DNA of 64,000 nt from Candidatus Obscuribacterales bacterium (GTDB taxonomy: Bacteria > Cyanobacteriota > Vampirovibrionia > Obscuribacterales > Obscuribacteraceae), in NCBI GenBank assembly GCA_965228855.1, contig CBDDIJ010000003.1, positions 3,200,001 to 3,264,000 of the forward strand, in the 5' to 3' direction. The first letter of the stretch is position 1. Each line of letters begins with the position of its first letter. Position numbers and translations under genes: made by a program. Shown here in pieces: positions 29,929 to 38,594 of the stretch. A model generated the notes under the pieces. The model had not been told where the DNA came from. It did not search any database and was given only the letters and a program-made list of their open reading frames with translations.

Positions 29929-30000
29929 ATGATCAAATCCACGAAACCGTTATGAATTCTCGCTCTCGAAGAGTCCTTTCAATTAAAACATTCCGCGGAG

Positions 30001-30135
30001 AGTTAGCACAAGGTTAGCAGCTCAGCTGATAGATCATGTACCTCACATGATAGAACCTGATATTTACAATTCGCCACAGTCGGCTTGTGGAGCAGTTTTG
30101 CGATAGCTCGTGATAGAAGGTGATACGCTGTGATA
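30001..30135. promoter_or_regulatory. attR arm region: GTTAGCA pair and 10-bp-phased TGATA boxes
   Basis: AGTTAGCA 30001 and GGTTAGCA 30012 match the AGTTAGCA pair at 11436/11447; (T/C)GATA at 30027, 30048, 30058, 30101, 30111, 30121, 30131. Confidence 0.7.
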
Positions 30136-30160
30136 CTGAAAGATTTAGCCGAAATCAGCC

Positions 30161-30202
30161 CTACGAACCATGAGGTCGTACGTTCGAGTCGTACCGGGCA
30201 GG
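30161..30202 (+). repeat. attR (displaced tRNA-Arg 3' half)
   Basis: CTACGAACCATGAGGTCGTACGTTCGAGTCGTACCGGGCAGG; the 5' half of the tRNA is absent. Confidence 0.93.
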
Positions 30203-30218
30203 TCCATAAAAATCAGAT

Positions 30219-30259
30219 TGACAGCTACTCTTAACGGGAGGGCTGTCATTTTTGTTTTT
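30219..30259 (+). terminator. Rho-independent terminator, probably the original tRNA terminator
   Basis: TGACAGC...GCTGTCA hairpin followed by TTTTTGTTTTT, just after attR. Confidence 0.75.
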
Positions 30260-30617
30260 GCCTTCGAAGATGGAAGGAGAATTTCAATTCAGCTTCTTGC
30301 GCGATTTGGGTAATCTTCTTCCGAAAATGGATCGGCAGGATGCGAGAAACATGAAGTGGTTAAATGACAAGGGACAGAAGGAAGCATTGAATCCGAATTG
30401 GTTGAAAGAAAAGGGCATTCCTGCCGATTGCCTGAGAGACTGGCAAGACATCGCTGATCATGTTCTTTCAGATGCTTACGCGCATGTCTCGGAACTTAAA
30501 ACAACAGCATTTCTGAGTAACTTTCATATAGAAAACTTTCCTGATTCGGCAGAGTTCGTAAAACGAAGTAAGCCGGAGTGGAAAAAAATGATCAATGCAC
30601 TGGAGGATACTAAATGA
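30252..30617 (+). CDS. Hypothetical protein, possibly a fragment
   Basis: ORF overlaps the next gene by ATGA; start uncertain. Confidence 0.45.
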   Translation: MFLPSKMEGEFQFSFLRDLGNLLPKMDRQDARNMKWLNDKGQKEALNPNWLKEKGIPADCLRDWQDIADHVLSDAYAHVSELKTTAFLSNFHIENFPDSAEFVKRSKPEWKKMINALEDTK

Positions 30618-31102
30618 GCGAGCTCTTTCTCACAGAGGATGACTTTCCTGATCACAAAGTGTTCAAGAAGACTGAAGTCGGACTTATGATGAGCCTGTTC
30701 GACTTCAAGTCGAGAGGCGCTCGCTGTCGAGGTCTTGTCTCTTACATGTTCGATAAAGAAGGACAAATTCAGGGACTCGAGGAGTTAATTTCCCAGTTCG
30801 GTGACATTCATCAAGTTGAGGCGTTCATGCATGATGAACGGCAACAATTGAGCAGGATTGGCGAGTTTGTTTCACTTAATGTTCAGTTTGATGATGCTAT
30901 TTGTGTGATAACACATGAGTACATTCCTGAAGAAGGGAAGGATAATCTTCTGCACGTGTGGTGCACCATTCGTGATCAAATGTTTGTCGTGCGACTAATG
31001 ATTTTTGTCAGGACCGTTGGTGATGAGTTGCAGTTGTCGGTAATCAGAGATTGTATCGAAAAGGCGTTGAAGAGAGTTCAGCATCTGAAGGTTGTTGTGT
31101 GA
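30614..31102 (+). CDS. Hypothetical acidic protein
   Basis: 162 aa; GGAGG RBS, coupled to the upstream ORF. Confidence 0.65.
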   Translation: MSELFLTEDDFPDHKVFKKTEVGLMMSLFDFKSRGARCRGLVSYMFDKEGQIQGLEELISQFGDIHQVEAFMHDERQQLSRIGEFVSLNVQFDDAICVITHEYIPEEGKDNLLHVWCTIRDQMFVVRLMIFVRTVGDELQLSVIRDCIEKALKRVQHLKVVV

Positions 31103-31586
31103 GTTCCTGAAAGCGTTTGTACCTGCACCTCGGTGAGGATATGCTCTCTTTCGGTGCGGGTCGGATTGCTTTGCCCTTATCAGCGTTCTGGTCGTTTGCT
31201 ATTTAGTTTTGGCTTAACGCACCATATGCGCTACCAAGTTGATTCAACAGTTTTTCTTCCCTTGCCTGCTAAAACTCTATGCTCTTTTTCCTAGCTTGCT
31301 CCAGTGCAACGACGTTGTCTTCCTTTTTATCTGGCTTCTCAAATCACTTCCATGCCTTGCAATGATCGATGGCGTACCCATGAAGATACTCTTTGAAGAG
31401 ATCTGTATAATGAAAATGTTCTTTCTTTCCAATTGCGGAAGTTGCCTGTTTGAAAACCCGGCTTCCCCATTATTCATCAGGGTTTAAGTTGAGTCTGGGT
31501 CTAAGTGGGGGTAGCGTTGTAGTGGAAGCCGGATTGTCTTCGACTGAAAGAAAACAAGAATGGCTAAGCAAGCAAGCTGAGAACTA

Positions 31587-31707
31587 ATGAGTTCATACAA
31601 AAACTGTTTTTTGCGGCACGCTTTTGTCCGACTCCTAGCGGCACATTGCTCATCATCGTGCTTGGTTTAGCACAGATACCACCTACGGTACCAGAAACAG
31701 CGCTCCA
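31587..31707 (+). pseudogene. Truncated 5' copy of the TonB-C gene at 43364
   Basis: ATGAGTTCATACAAAAACTGTTTTTTGCGGCACGCTTTTGTCC is identical to the start of 43364; similarity ends at the stop of the convergent 31708 gene. Confidence 0.8.
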
Positions 31708-32085
31708 TCAAGTGCTCTGCTCCTCGCCAGCCCGTGGTTTCTGGTCAGGCTTTTCTTCCAAGACTGTGACCCATTGCCCATCGATCATTTTCTGTTGCCG
31801 ATGATAGGTGTCGCCTGGTTTGCTCAAACCATACAGCTGCTTTGCTTTCTCATAGTCTTTCTCATCGGGCGAAACGACGAACCCGCCAGTTCCATGGCTG
31901 CCATCTGTGTCAGACATCGAAGTGTGAACACCGATAACTCCATCGTCCTGCATGTGCGCCCAGTCCCATTTCGTACCGAATGCGGACTTCATATTGGCTT
32001 CAAATGTTTCTTTGTCATACGGCGGCTCTTCCTCAAGGTACCGCAGGAAGTCCGCTTTTCTTTTTTCTAGTTCTTCTTTGTTCAT
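31708..32085 (-). CDS. Small acidic protein, putative immunity partner
   Basis: ATG directly follows the TAA of 32086..34134. Confidence 0.65.
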   Translation of the reverse strand: MNKEELEKRKADFLRYLEEEPPYDKETFEANMKSAFGTKWDWAHMQDDGVIGVHTSMSDTDGSHGTGGFVVSPDEKDYEKAKQLYGLSKPGDTYHRQQKMIDGQWVTVLEEKPDQKPRAGEEQST

Positions 32086-34134
32086 TTACAGTAGCCTCGT
32101 TCTTGCATATTGCAAGCAGTTTGGAAACCATCGTTTCATCGTCTGAGAATATGGGTTATTGGACTCTAAGCACGTCGCATGCGCGTACATGTCGGCAAAC
32201 ACTTCATCGCGTGCTTCAAGAACGGTTTTATGGCTTGGAGACAGTTTAAGTGTTTCAAGAACATCCGCCGGAATGCTTTTGATGTCGTGCTTAAAAGCTG
32301 CCCGGAATTTTGGCGTTTCAGATATAGGATCTCCGAACGGATGAGCCTTGAAGTTATGCGCATGCCCAAATTCATGCCGGAAAGCAAACTCAAGATCGTA
32401 GTTATGAACGAAACTCCCAAGCTTTGGAACCTCCTCAGCAACGTAGATTGTATTTTCGGAAGCATCATAGCAAGCAGCCAAATCCTGCCTCGTTGGAAAC
32501 CGATCAGCCATACGCCTGATCGGCTTTATCGCTACATTATGCTCGGCAAGAAAATTTCTCTCCCCCTCGGAAAGCCGGTCGACTACTAGTTTAAGCTGGG
32601 CCATAAATCGTTCAGAGGCTACGAAATTCTCAGGAGTGGCCCCCCTCTCCTGCCTACCCTCTGGCGGTCTTCCTTTGGTATCACCAAGATCATCGGCCTT
32701 TGACATGAGGTAGTTATCACGCCCTTTTCGCGGAGTTGGAATCCTCTGACCATCCGGTGTTACCGCCGTAGGCTGTGGCGTTATTTCATCTAGCAATCCA
32801 GAAATGAATTTGCCAACTTTCTTCTTCGACTTACCACCAAGCTCATTGGCTGCCGCTCCAAGCTCCTCCAGGACACCGGTTATCTTCTCGCTTTTTGCTA
32901 ATTTCGCTATTCCAAAACCCGCAGCTAGACCACCTAGAAACTCGGTTGATAGTTTCGCTGCCAACCTTGACTGCTCCGCTGGAGTCATTGCATTCCAGCG
33001 CTGGTCTATCTGTTCGCCTAGCCAGGAAATGTCTTTGAACGGTTTGGAATAGTCTCCGGTTGCTCCAATGTCGCCCAGATAAGCCTCTGATACTTGCCAT
33101 AGTCGCACGCCGCCAACAAGTGTCTTCCCTATCGCCTCTCCTGCTTTGCCTGCCTTCTCAATGGCGGTGGGGTCATTCAGCATTACTTCTTGGCTAAATT
33201 GCCATATTTCTCCGAGCGTCTTTGCTGCTTCTTCGGCGCCCTTAGCCAGACTTACAGCACCATCCCCTACGCCAGCAATTGTGCCCACCATTATTTGAAA
33301 CTGCTGGCGACTCATCTCTTGCTGATAGGCAAGGATTCCTGCTCCTATTACTTGCGCTTGCTTGTCGATTGGTAAAGCTGCAATCCGCTCAATGCTGCTG
33401 GTTTCTTCCTGTTCTGTATCAATGTTCTCAGCTGCATTTACTTTCAAGAGCCACCCGTCAGCCGTCTTCTCAGCCGTGTTTGGCGGAAGTCCGGCTACCA
33501 TTTCCGGTGTTATCGCCGGATGTGTCCCGCCTTGAAACTGCTCGTATCGAGCGCGCATTTCAGGTGATTGCTCGGCTGCCAGCTTGCGCGAAAGAGCGGT
33601 CCATTTCTCCTGTTCGGCGCCTTTAGGGAGCTGATCGGCATACTTCCTCAGGTTTGCCACAGGCTCCATGGCTGGATTATGGCTAGCCTCAATAGCCATC
33701 ATTGTTGCTGACTGGGAAATCTCCTCGTGTTTTGCTTGTTGCTCAGCCCTTATTTTTGTTTCTGCTTCGGGCGTCATGGCAGGTATCATGCGGGTAGGGT
33801 GAGAATCTAGGCTGATGTTCCTTTTAATGTCCTTTTCCCGCGTCGTGCTCGTCTTGTCGATTGTTTCTTCTTTGCCGGTTTGTGGGTTAATGGCAATCAG
33901 CAGTTCCATGCTGCGCTTATCCGGGCTGTCCACGAATCCGTCTTTGTAGGCAAGCTCGGTCATGCCCTTTGTTATGATTGGATTTTGCCCCAGAGCGTCG
34001 TCCATTTGCTCTTTGGAGGCATTGCGAACGGTAGAGGCATCAGGCGGCTTCTCCAGGCGGTCGTTTGCCTTCTGCCCGCCCTCTTTTACGTGCTCGGATG
34101 GTTTCACTTTGTCTGACACGCCCAAAGGCCTCAA
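32086..34134 (-). CDS. Polymorphic-toxin-like protein with C-terminal anthrax-LF-like Zn metallopeptidase
   Basis: HEFGH, IS...F..AF..D, EVFAD, WFPN; Gly/Ala-rich hydrophobic middle region. Confidence 0.72.
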   Translation of the reverse strand: MRPLGVSDKVKPSEHVKEGGQKANDRLEKPPDASTVRNASKEQMDDALGQNPIITKGMTELAYKDGFVDSPDKRSMELLIAINPQTGKEETIDKTSTTREKDIKRNISLDSHPTRMIPAMTPEAETKIRAEQQAKHEEISQSATMMAIEASHNPAMEPVANLRKYADQLPKGAEQEKWTALSRKLAAEQSPEMRARYEQFQGGTHPAITPEMVAGLPPNTAEKTADGWLLKVNAAENIDTEQEETSSIERIAALPIDKQAQVIGAGILAYQQEMSRQQFQIMVGTIAGVGDGAVSLAKGAEEAAKTLGEIWQFSQEVMLNDPTAIEKAGKAGEAIGKTLVGGVRLWQVSEAYLGDIGATGDYSKPFKDISWLGEQIDQRWNAMTPAEQSRLAAKLSTEFLGGLAAGFGIAKLAKSEKITGVLEELGAAANELGGKSKKKVGKFISGLLDEITPQPTAVTPDGQRIPTPRKGRDNYLMSKADDLGDTKGRPPEGRQERGATPENFVASERFMAQLKLVVDRLSEGERNFLAEHNVAIKPIRRMADRFPTRQDLAACYDASENTIYVAEEVPKLGSFVHNYDLEFAFRHEFGHAHNFKAHPFGDPISETPKFRAAFKHDIKSIPADVLETLKLSPSHKTVLEARDEVFADMYAHATCLESNNPYSQTMKRWFPNCLQYARTRLL

Positions 34135-34287
34135 ACGGACGTCACGTTACCAGTATAAACGCTAGAAAACACCAAACGCCGTTACATGCGCCGCATTACA
34201 TTGGCTACCAATAACCAAGGCTCCGAACCCTCTGCTACCTAGATTGTTTTTTCTGTGGGATCAGAACAAGCTGTTCGGTGTTCCGAA

Positions 34288-34644
34288 TTAGGAAATATGT
34301 CTGAAATCCTTCGTCTCAATCTCAACACGCCCATCTCGATAACGATTGAGAGTACAAACCCTACACGGTGCAAGATCTGGAAATTGTTCTTTTATCTTGC
34401 CTAGAATTTCCTGATAATCAGGATTGTCGGTGTTGTACTCACGCTGGTACTGCCCGTTTACGCAGTTGACGATCGTTTGGTCAGAACGCATGCTCATCGT
34501 TTCCCAATAAATCGGATGTTCCTTGGGTTTTGAGTCCCGATATTCCAGTACAACTTCACCGCGAAAAGCCTTCGCAACGTGCGATTCGTCGTTGGGTCCG
34601 AAGAGTTCGTCAGGATTCAATTTCTTCTCGTCGTCAGTGTTCAA
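34288..34644 (-). CDS. Small acidic protein, putative orphan immunity
   Basis: 118 aa; start overlaps the stop of the upstream toxin-tip fragment. Confidence 0.6.
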   Translation of the reverse strand: MNTDDEKKLNPDELFGPNDESHVAKAFRGEVVLEYRDSKPKEHPIYWETMSMRSDQTIVNCVNGQYQREYNTDNPDYQEILGKIKEQFPDLAPCRVCTLNRYRDGRVEIETKDFRHIS

Positions 34645-34946
34645 TGTTGATTCTCCAGACCAAGTAACTTGCTCACGTTTGGATGAGTTCTTATAATCAA
34701 GTCCTCTAGATGCGGAAACGGCGATCCTCCCATTTTGATCGCCATGATTTGAGCGAAGACCTCCGAGGGGGACATGTCTGAGTCGATAAGCTTAAGCTCC
34801 GTCAACATTTGAATTTCGCCTATCTTCAGTTTGTTTGAAAACAGCAACTCCTCTTGCCATTCCTTATCGGCTTTCATTAACTCCATGAAAATGTTGCTGT
34901 CCGAATACCTTTTGCCGTCATAGCCAATCAGTACTTCTGCCGAGCG
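34641..34946 (-). pseudogene. Orphan C-terminal fragment of a second LF-like metallopeptidase
   Basis: YSDSNIFMELMKAD...SEVFAQ...THPN parallels ISETPKFRAAFKHD...DEVFAD...WFPN; HExxH missing; in-frame stop at 34947-34949. Confidence 0.65.
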
Positions 34947-34952
34947 TTATCT

Positions 34953-35248
34953 TCAGCTATGTACCGGTAAAAAGTCTTCCAGCGCTTCGTAGGCAAAGGT
35001 GATGCGATTCACTTCTTATTTTTTCTCTCTAAGATCTCGCGTCTTGTTGCGTCAAGGCGGGCCTACACTTCTTCAAGTGTATGAACTCTTCCTTCAGCCA
35101 CCGATTTCTCTGCATCGCCTATAGCCCGACGCAACCACTGTAACTTTAATTCCTCAACCACGCAGTCCTGCTCCTCTGGAGTGAGCTGACTGACCAGGGC
35201 CAAAACTTGGTCCAGGGTAGCCTTTTCATCAGGTTTTTGTTGAGCCAT
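34953..35248 (-). pseudogene. Degraded ParD/ParE(RelE)-like toxin-antitoxin pair
   Basis: Antitoxin-like LRRAIGDAEKSVAEGRVHTLEEV*ARLDATRREILERKNKK* has an internal TAG; its TGA overlaps the GTG (35012) of MNRITFAYEALEDF, truncated after ~20 codons. Confidence 0.6.
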
Positions 35249-35658
35249 GAATTATTTACCTCAACGACAATTATAGCCTGCCCAATTCAAAAAACGGCTC
35301 AAGTGTCAAAACTCCTGCTCTTTAGCCATCTTCTCCAGTGGTACCACTGACTCACTTTGCCACTAACTTTTGACCACGTTGGAAAGAAAGGTGAGACTCG
35401 TCCTTTCAACACCATATATGGTGCTTTCTCAAACCTAACCAATGTGCTCGCCAATCACTAGTCGACTGAAGAGCTGTATCAGGTTTTCGATCTGTCTGCC
35501 ACCATTCCTGGTGCTGTTCCAAACCCAATAAAGGTTACTCAAGATACACCGACATCATAACTTCAAGCGCCGCATATCGATCATCCGGTCAAGACAATAC
35601 GTTTTACGATTCCCCAATAATGTATGATAAATTCGATGGACCATGCGGAGAAGCGGCA

Positions 35659-36773
35659 GTGAGAGCCTGGCAAAAGATTACTGGAATTGCCGTAGGTGCC
35701 ATTGTAGGGACTCTCCTTGTGAGAAAAGCCTCAGGGTTGGCCGTAAAGTATCTTGAGAAAGAAATCGCCTCACAGAAGAAACGTACCGCTGAATCATTTG
35801 CCAGAGTTGCACCAACTATATTCTTTACTCAGGGATTTGACCTGGAGGAGGACAAGGTTCTTCATACCGAGCAAATGCTTATCGAAGCTCCAAAGAACAT
35901 GAGGGCGCGCTGCCTTCTGCTCGGATTTTATAGTAGAGCGGGTCGCGGCACGAGTGAGAGGAAAAAGTTCCAAGAGCACGCACTTTGGGTAATTGAAAAC
36001 TATCCACACACATCAATGGCTAGAGAATGCAACCTGCATCCGTGGAACGATACTGATGAGGTCTATCAAAAAGGAAACAAATCTGGCTTAACCACTGCGA
36101 AACTCGTAAAACCAACGGTCCCATTCTGATGAATGCCGCACGTTATCTACTGTTGGAAGACAGATCGATTGCTGAAGGGCTACTACTCCGGGGTAAACGA
36201 CTGGAACCCAACAATGCCGAATGGTCGGACATGCTAGCCCACCTATATGAATTGGGAGTCGATGAGATTGATGAGTCTCAATGCGCAACTCTGGCGATTG
36301 CTGAGAGAAAACGTGTTTATCAACTCGCCAAGAAAGACTATAAACTGTTCGATCCCAAAACGCTAAAGCCTTTGCCAGAACTTGCCTTCGAGGCTGAACA
36401 GCTTGACGACGCGCGCAAGGATTCTAGAATGTTGCTCCTTACGTCTCCGCTTTGTCTCACGAAGAGTGCTATTAGTGAATGCAAGCACGAAGCACATACA
36501 ATCTTAGGTAGAGTCGCGCTGAAAAATGGCGACATTAAACAAGCAAAAATTCATTTGGCGAAATCAGCAAGCGTTTCTGGTTCTGCAGTGCTCAGCTCGT
36601 TCGGACCAAACATGGAGCTTGCGCAGGAATTGTTAGATCGAAAAGAAATCGAGTCTGTGCTTCACTATTTGGAGCGTTGTGAACTGTTCTGGTCTAGTGG
36701 AAAGGACAGAATAACCAAGTGGCGTTCAGAAATCGAAGCCGGCGGCACTCCGAAAGACTGGAAACGTTATTGA
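35659..36773 (+). pseudogene. Frameshifted paralogue of 40497..41615
   Basis: Two ORFs align end to end with the 372-aa protein; one missing A at ~36075 (GGAAACAA for GGA AAA CAA) would restore KGKQIWLNHC. Confidence 0.85.
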
Positions 36774-36823
36774 CAGATATGGCACCAAGTCATTTCCGAC
36801 CGGTTTCTCGCGGCCCACTCACT

Positions 36824-37555
36824 TTATCTTGATTGCTGTTTCTCTTTTACCAGGTCGTAGTATTGCGCCTTGGCTGCCGGTTTCCTGTTGTACGGAGGCC
36901 ATTTCGTGCCTGAAGCAAAGTCATATTCAAAAATAGTTGTGGAGCCTGTTCCGACACTGCCTGAAGCGGCAAATAGCACAGACATAAGAGCGCCGCCCGG
37001 TTGGTGGTTTGAGAGACCAGGCAAGTCTGTAGGCGGCGTATGGACATCAACCCGCCCGAGGTTGTCCGGTTGTCCGTCCTTGTTAATGTCGATGAATGAT
37101 ACTCGTAGGTAGGGTCTGTTGTTGTCCGGCTCGGATTTGCTCAAGCTAAGCTGACTAGCCTTATGGAGAAGGTCTCGCCCCTGCTCCGGTGGCATACGGA
37201 AGGCGAGATTCATTAGTGCCCTTGTAGCTATTTCATTGCCGGAGTGATCTTGCGGCCTTAGAAGTTCCGCAAATTTTTCAGCTTTCGTTGCCGGGTAGGA
37301 ATCTGGAAGAGCTGATTTTAGAAGGACGGTCCCATGCCATCCGGCTGTTTCAACTGTAGTGCCCTTAGAGGAAAACGAGGATTTGATGTCAATCTTGTTT
37401 TTTGACTCGTTCTTCTCCATATCGTTAACCAGCGCTCTGAAATCTTTGGGACTGAGGTCCATGTAAGCTTCTGCTAGAGTGGTTCTTGCGCGCTGCGTGT
37501 CGTTCTGCGCAATTTCGCTTGAAATTTGCGCAGCATGAGATTGTACGTCCGCCAT
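36824..37555 (-). CDS. Hypothetical protein
   Basis: 243-aa ORF with GGGAG RBS. Confidence 0.65.
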   Translation of the reverse strand: MADVQSHAAQISSEIAQNDTQRARTTLAEAYMDLSPKDFRALVNDMEKNESKNKIDIKSSFSSKGTTVETAGWHGTVLLKSALPDSYPATKAEKFAELLRPQDHSGNEIATRALMNLAFRMPPEQGRDLLHKASQLSLSKSEPDNNRPYLRVSFIDINKDGQPDNLGRVDVHTPPTDLPGLSNHQPGGALMSVLFAASGSVGTGSTTIFEYDFASGTKWPPYNRKPAAKAQYYDLVKEKQQSR

Positions 37556-38594
37556 AAACCAACTCCCCCGGTAAAACCGCCATATGTAAAGGCAATCAAA
37601 ATGATTGCTCAGTGAATTCTCACTGTAATTAATAAGTGTGACGATCGTGTACCCTGCCGCCTACCAATGTTTGGCGCTATCGATTGAGGCACTGAAATTG
37701 CAATTGCGCAGTTCACCACAGACGGTGTCGTAACCGTTTCAAATTAATGACGTGAATATGGCGAGCTCAGGCTCAGTGTTTTTCGAGAATCGAACCGCAA
37801 AACATGAATCGGCGGAGGCATATTCTCCCTCATTTGCCTATTTAGTCTGTCGGACGCCTGATGGCGGACAATTTAAATGAACTCGCCAATTTAACTTGGC
37901 CGTGATCACCGCACTGTGATCCAAGCATCATGGTCTAGCAATGTTGTCGTCGTCTTTCTAGATTCCGCCACCGTCAGATGACCTTGCGAAATCGCTGGCG
38001 TTGTCCGGATAATTCCGGCTGAAACTGATCGTTCCATCAGTTCAAAGTATAAAATGACATTTGAACAAGACATATAAAGTCTTAAAAGAACATCGCGGTA
38101 TTGTTGAGTTTGGAACCTAATTTTGCTTGACTCGTGTGCTCGGAATTTTCGGGGCGAAGTACACCACGCCGAGCGGCATGAGCTCCGGGGACTATTCGCC
38201 GTCGTCATCCATCGAAATTAAAATACGGAGGTCAAGCACACGCATGGAGTGAGTACGTACCGGCTGCGGCTTATTGTCAGTCTCTTCGCGCCTTCCGAAA
38301 AATCCTCGCCGAATTTCCAGCGTCGGGGCTCAGCTCGTCCATCGCGGCATCAGCAAAGCGAAGGTCACGATATAATTGAGTGGTTGTCGACCAGGTAACT
38401 GAGGAAACGAAGGGCGAATGTATTGCACTTAAACCTGACCGCCACTTATCTCTGTTCCGTCCCGAGCATAGATAGCAAAAGTTTTTTTGCCGGAAGACCG
38501 TGATGGCGGACTATATTGAAAGCACCCGTCTTCTGATGCCAGTGACCACCCGAATTCCGTATAACGCACGCTCTCTCAAGCAGAGGCACGCTTT

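Larger units (their letters stand above)
11366..30202. mobile_element. ~18.8 kb tRNA-Arg-integrated element (integrative, phage-satellite-like) with defence cargo
   Basis: 42-bp direct repeats at 11366-11407 and 30161-30202; tyrosine integrase next to attR; AlpA/Xis-like HTH, ATPase and AEP primase; no capsid, tail or conjugation genes recognised. Confidence 0.93.

Noticed and set aside
30161..30202. Second tRNA-Arg gene
   Set aside because: Only the 3' half is present; no acceptor 5' strand or D arm. It is attR.
11366..30202. Complete prophage or ICE
   Set aside because: No terminase, capsid, tail, lysis, relaxase or T4SS genes recognised.
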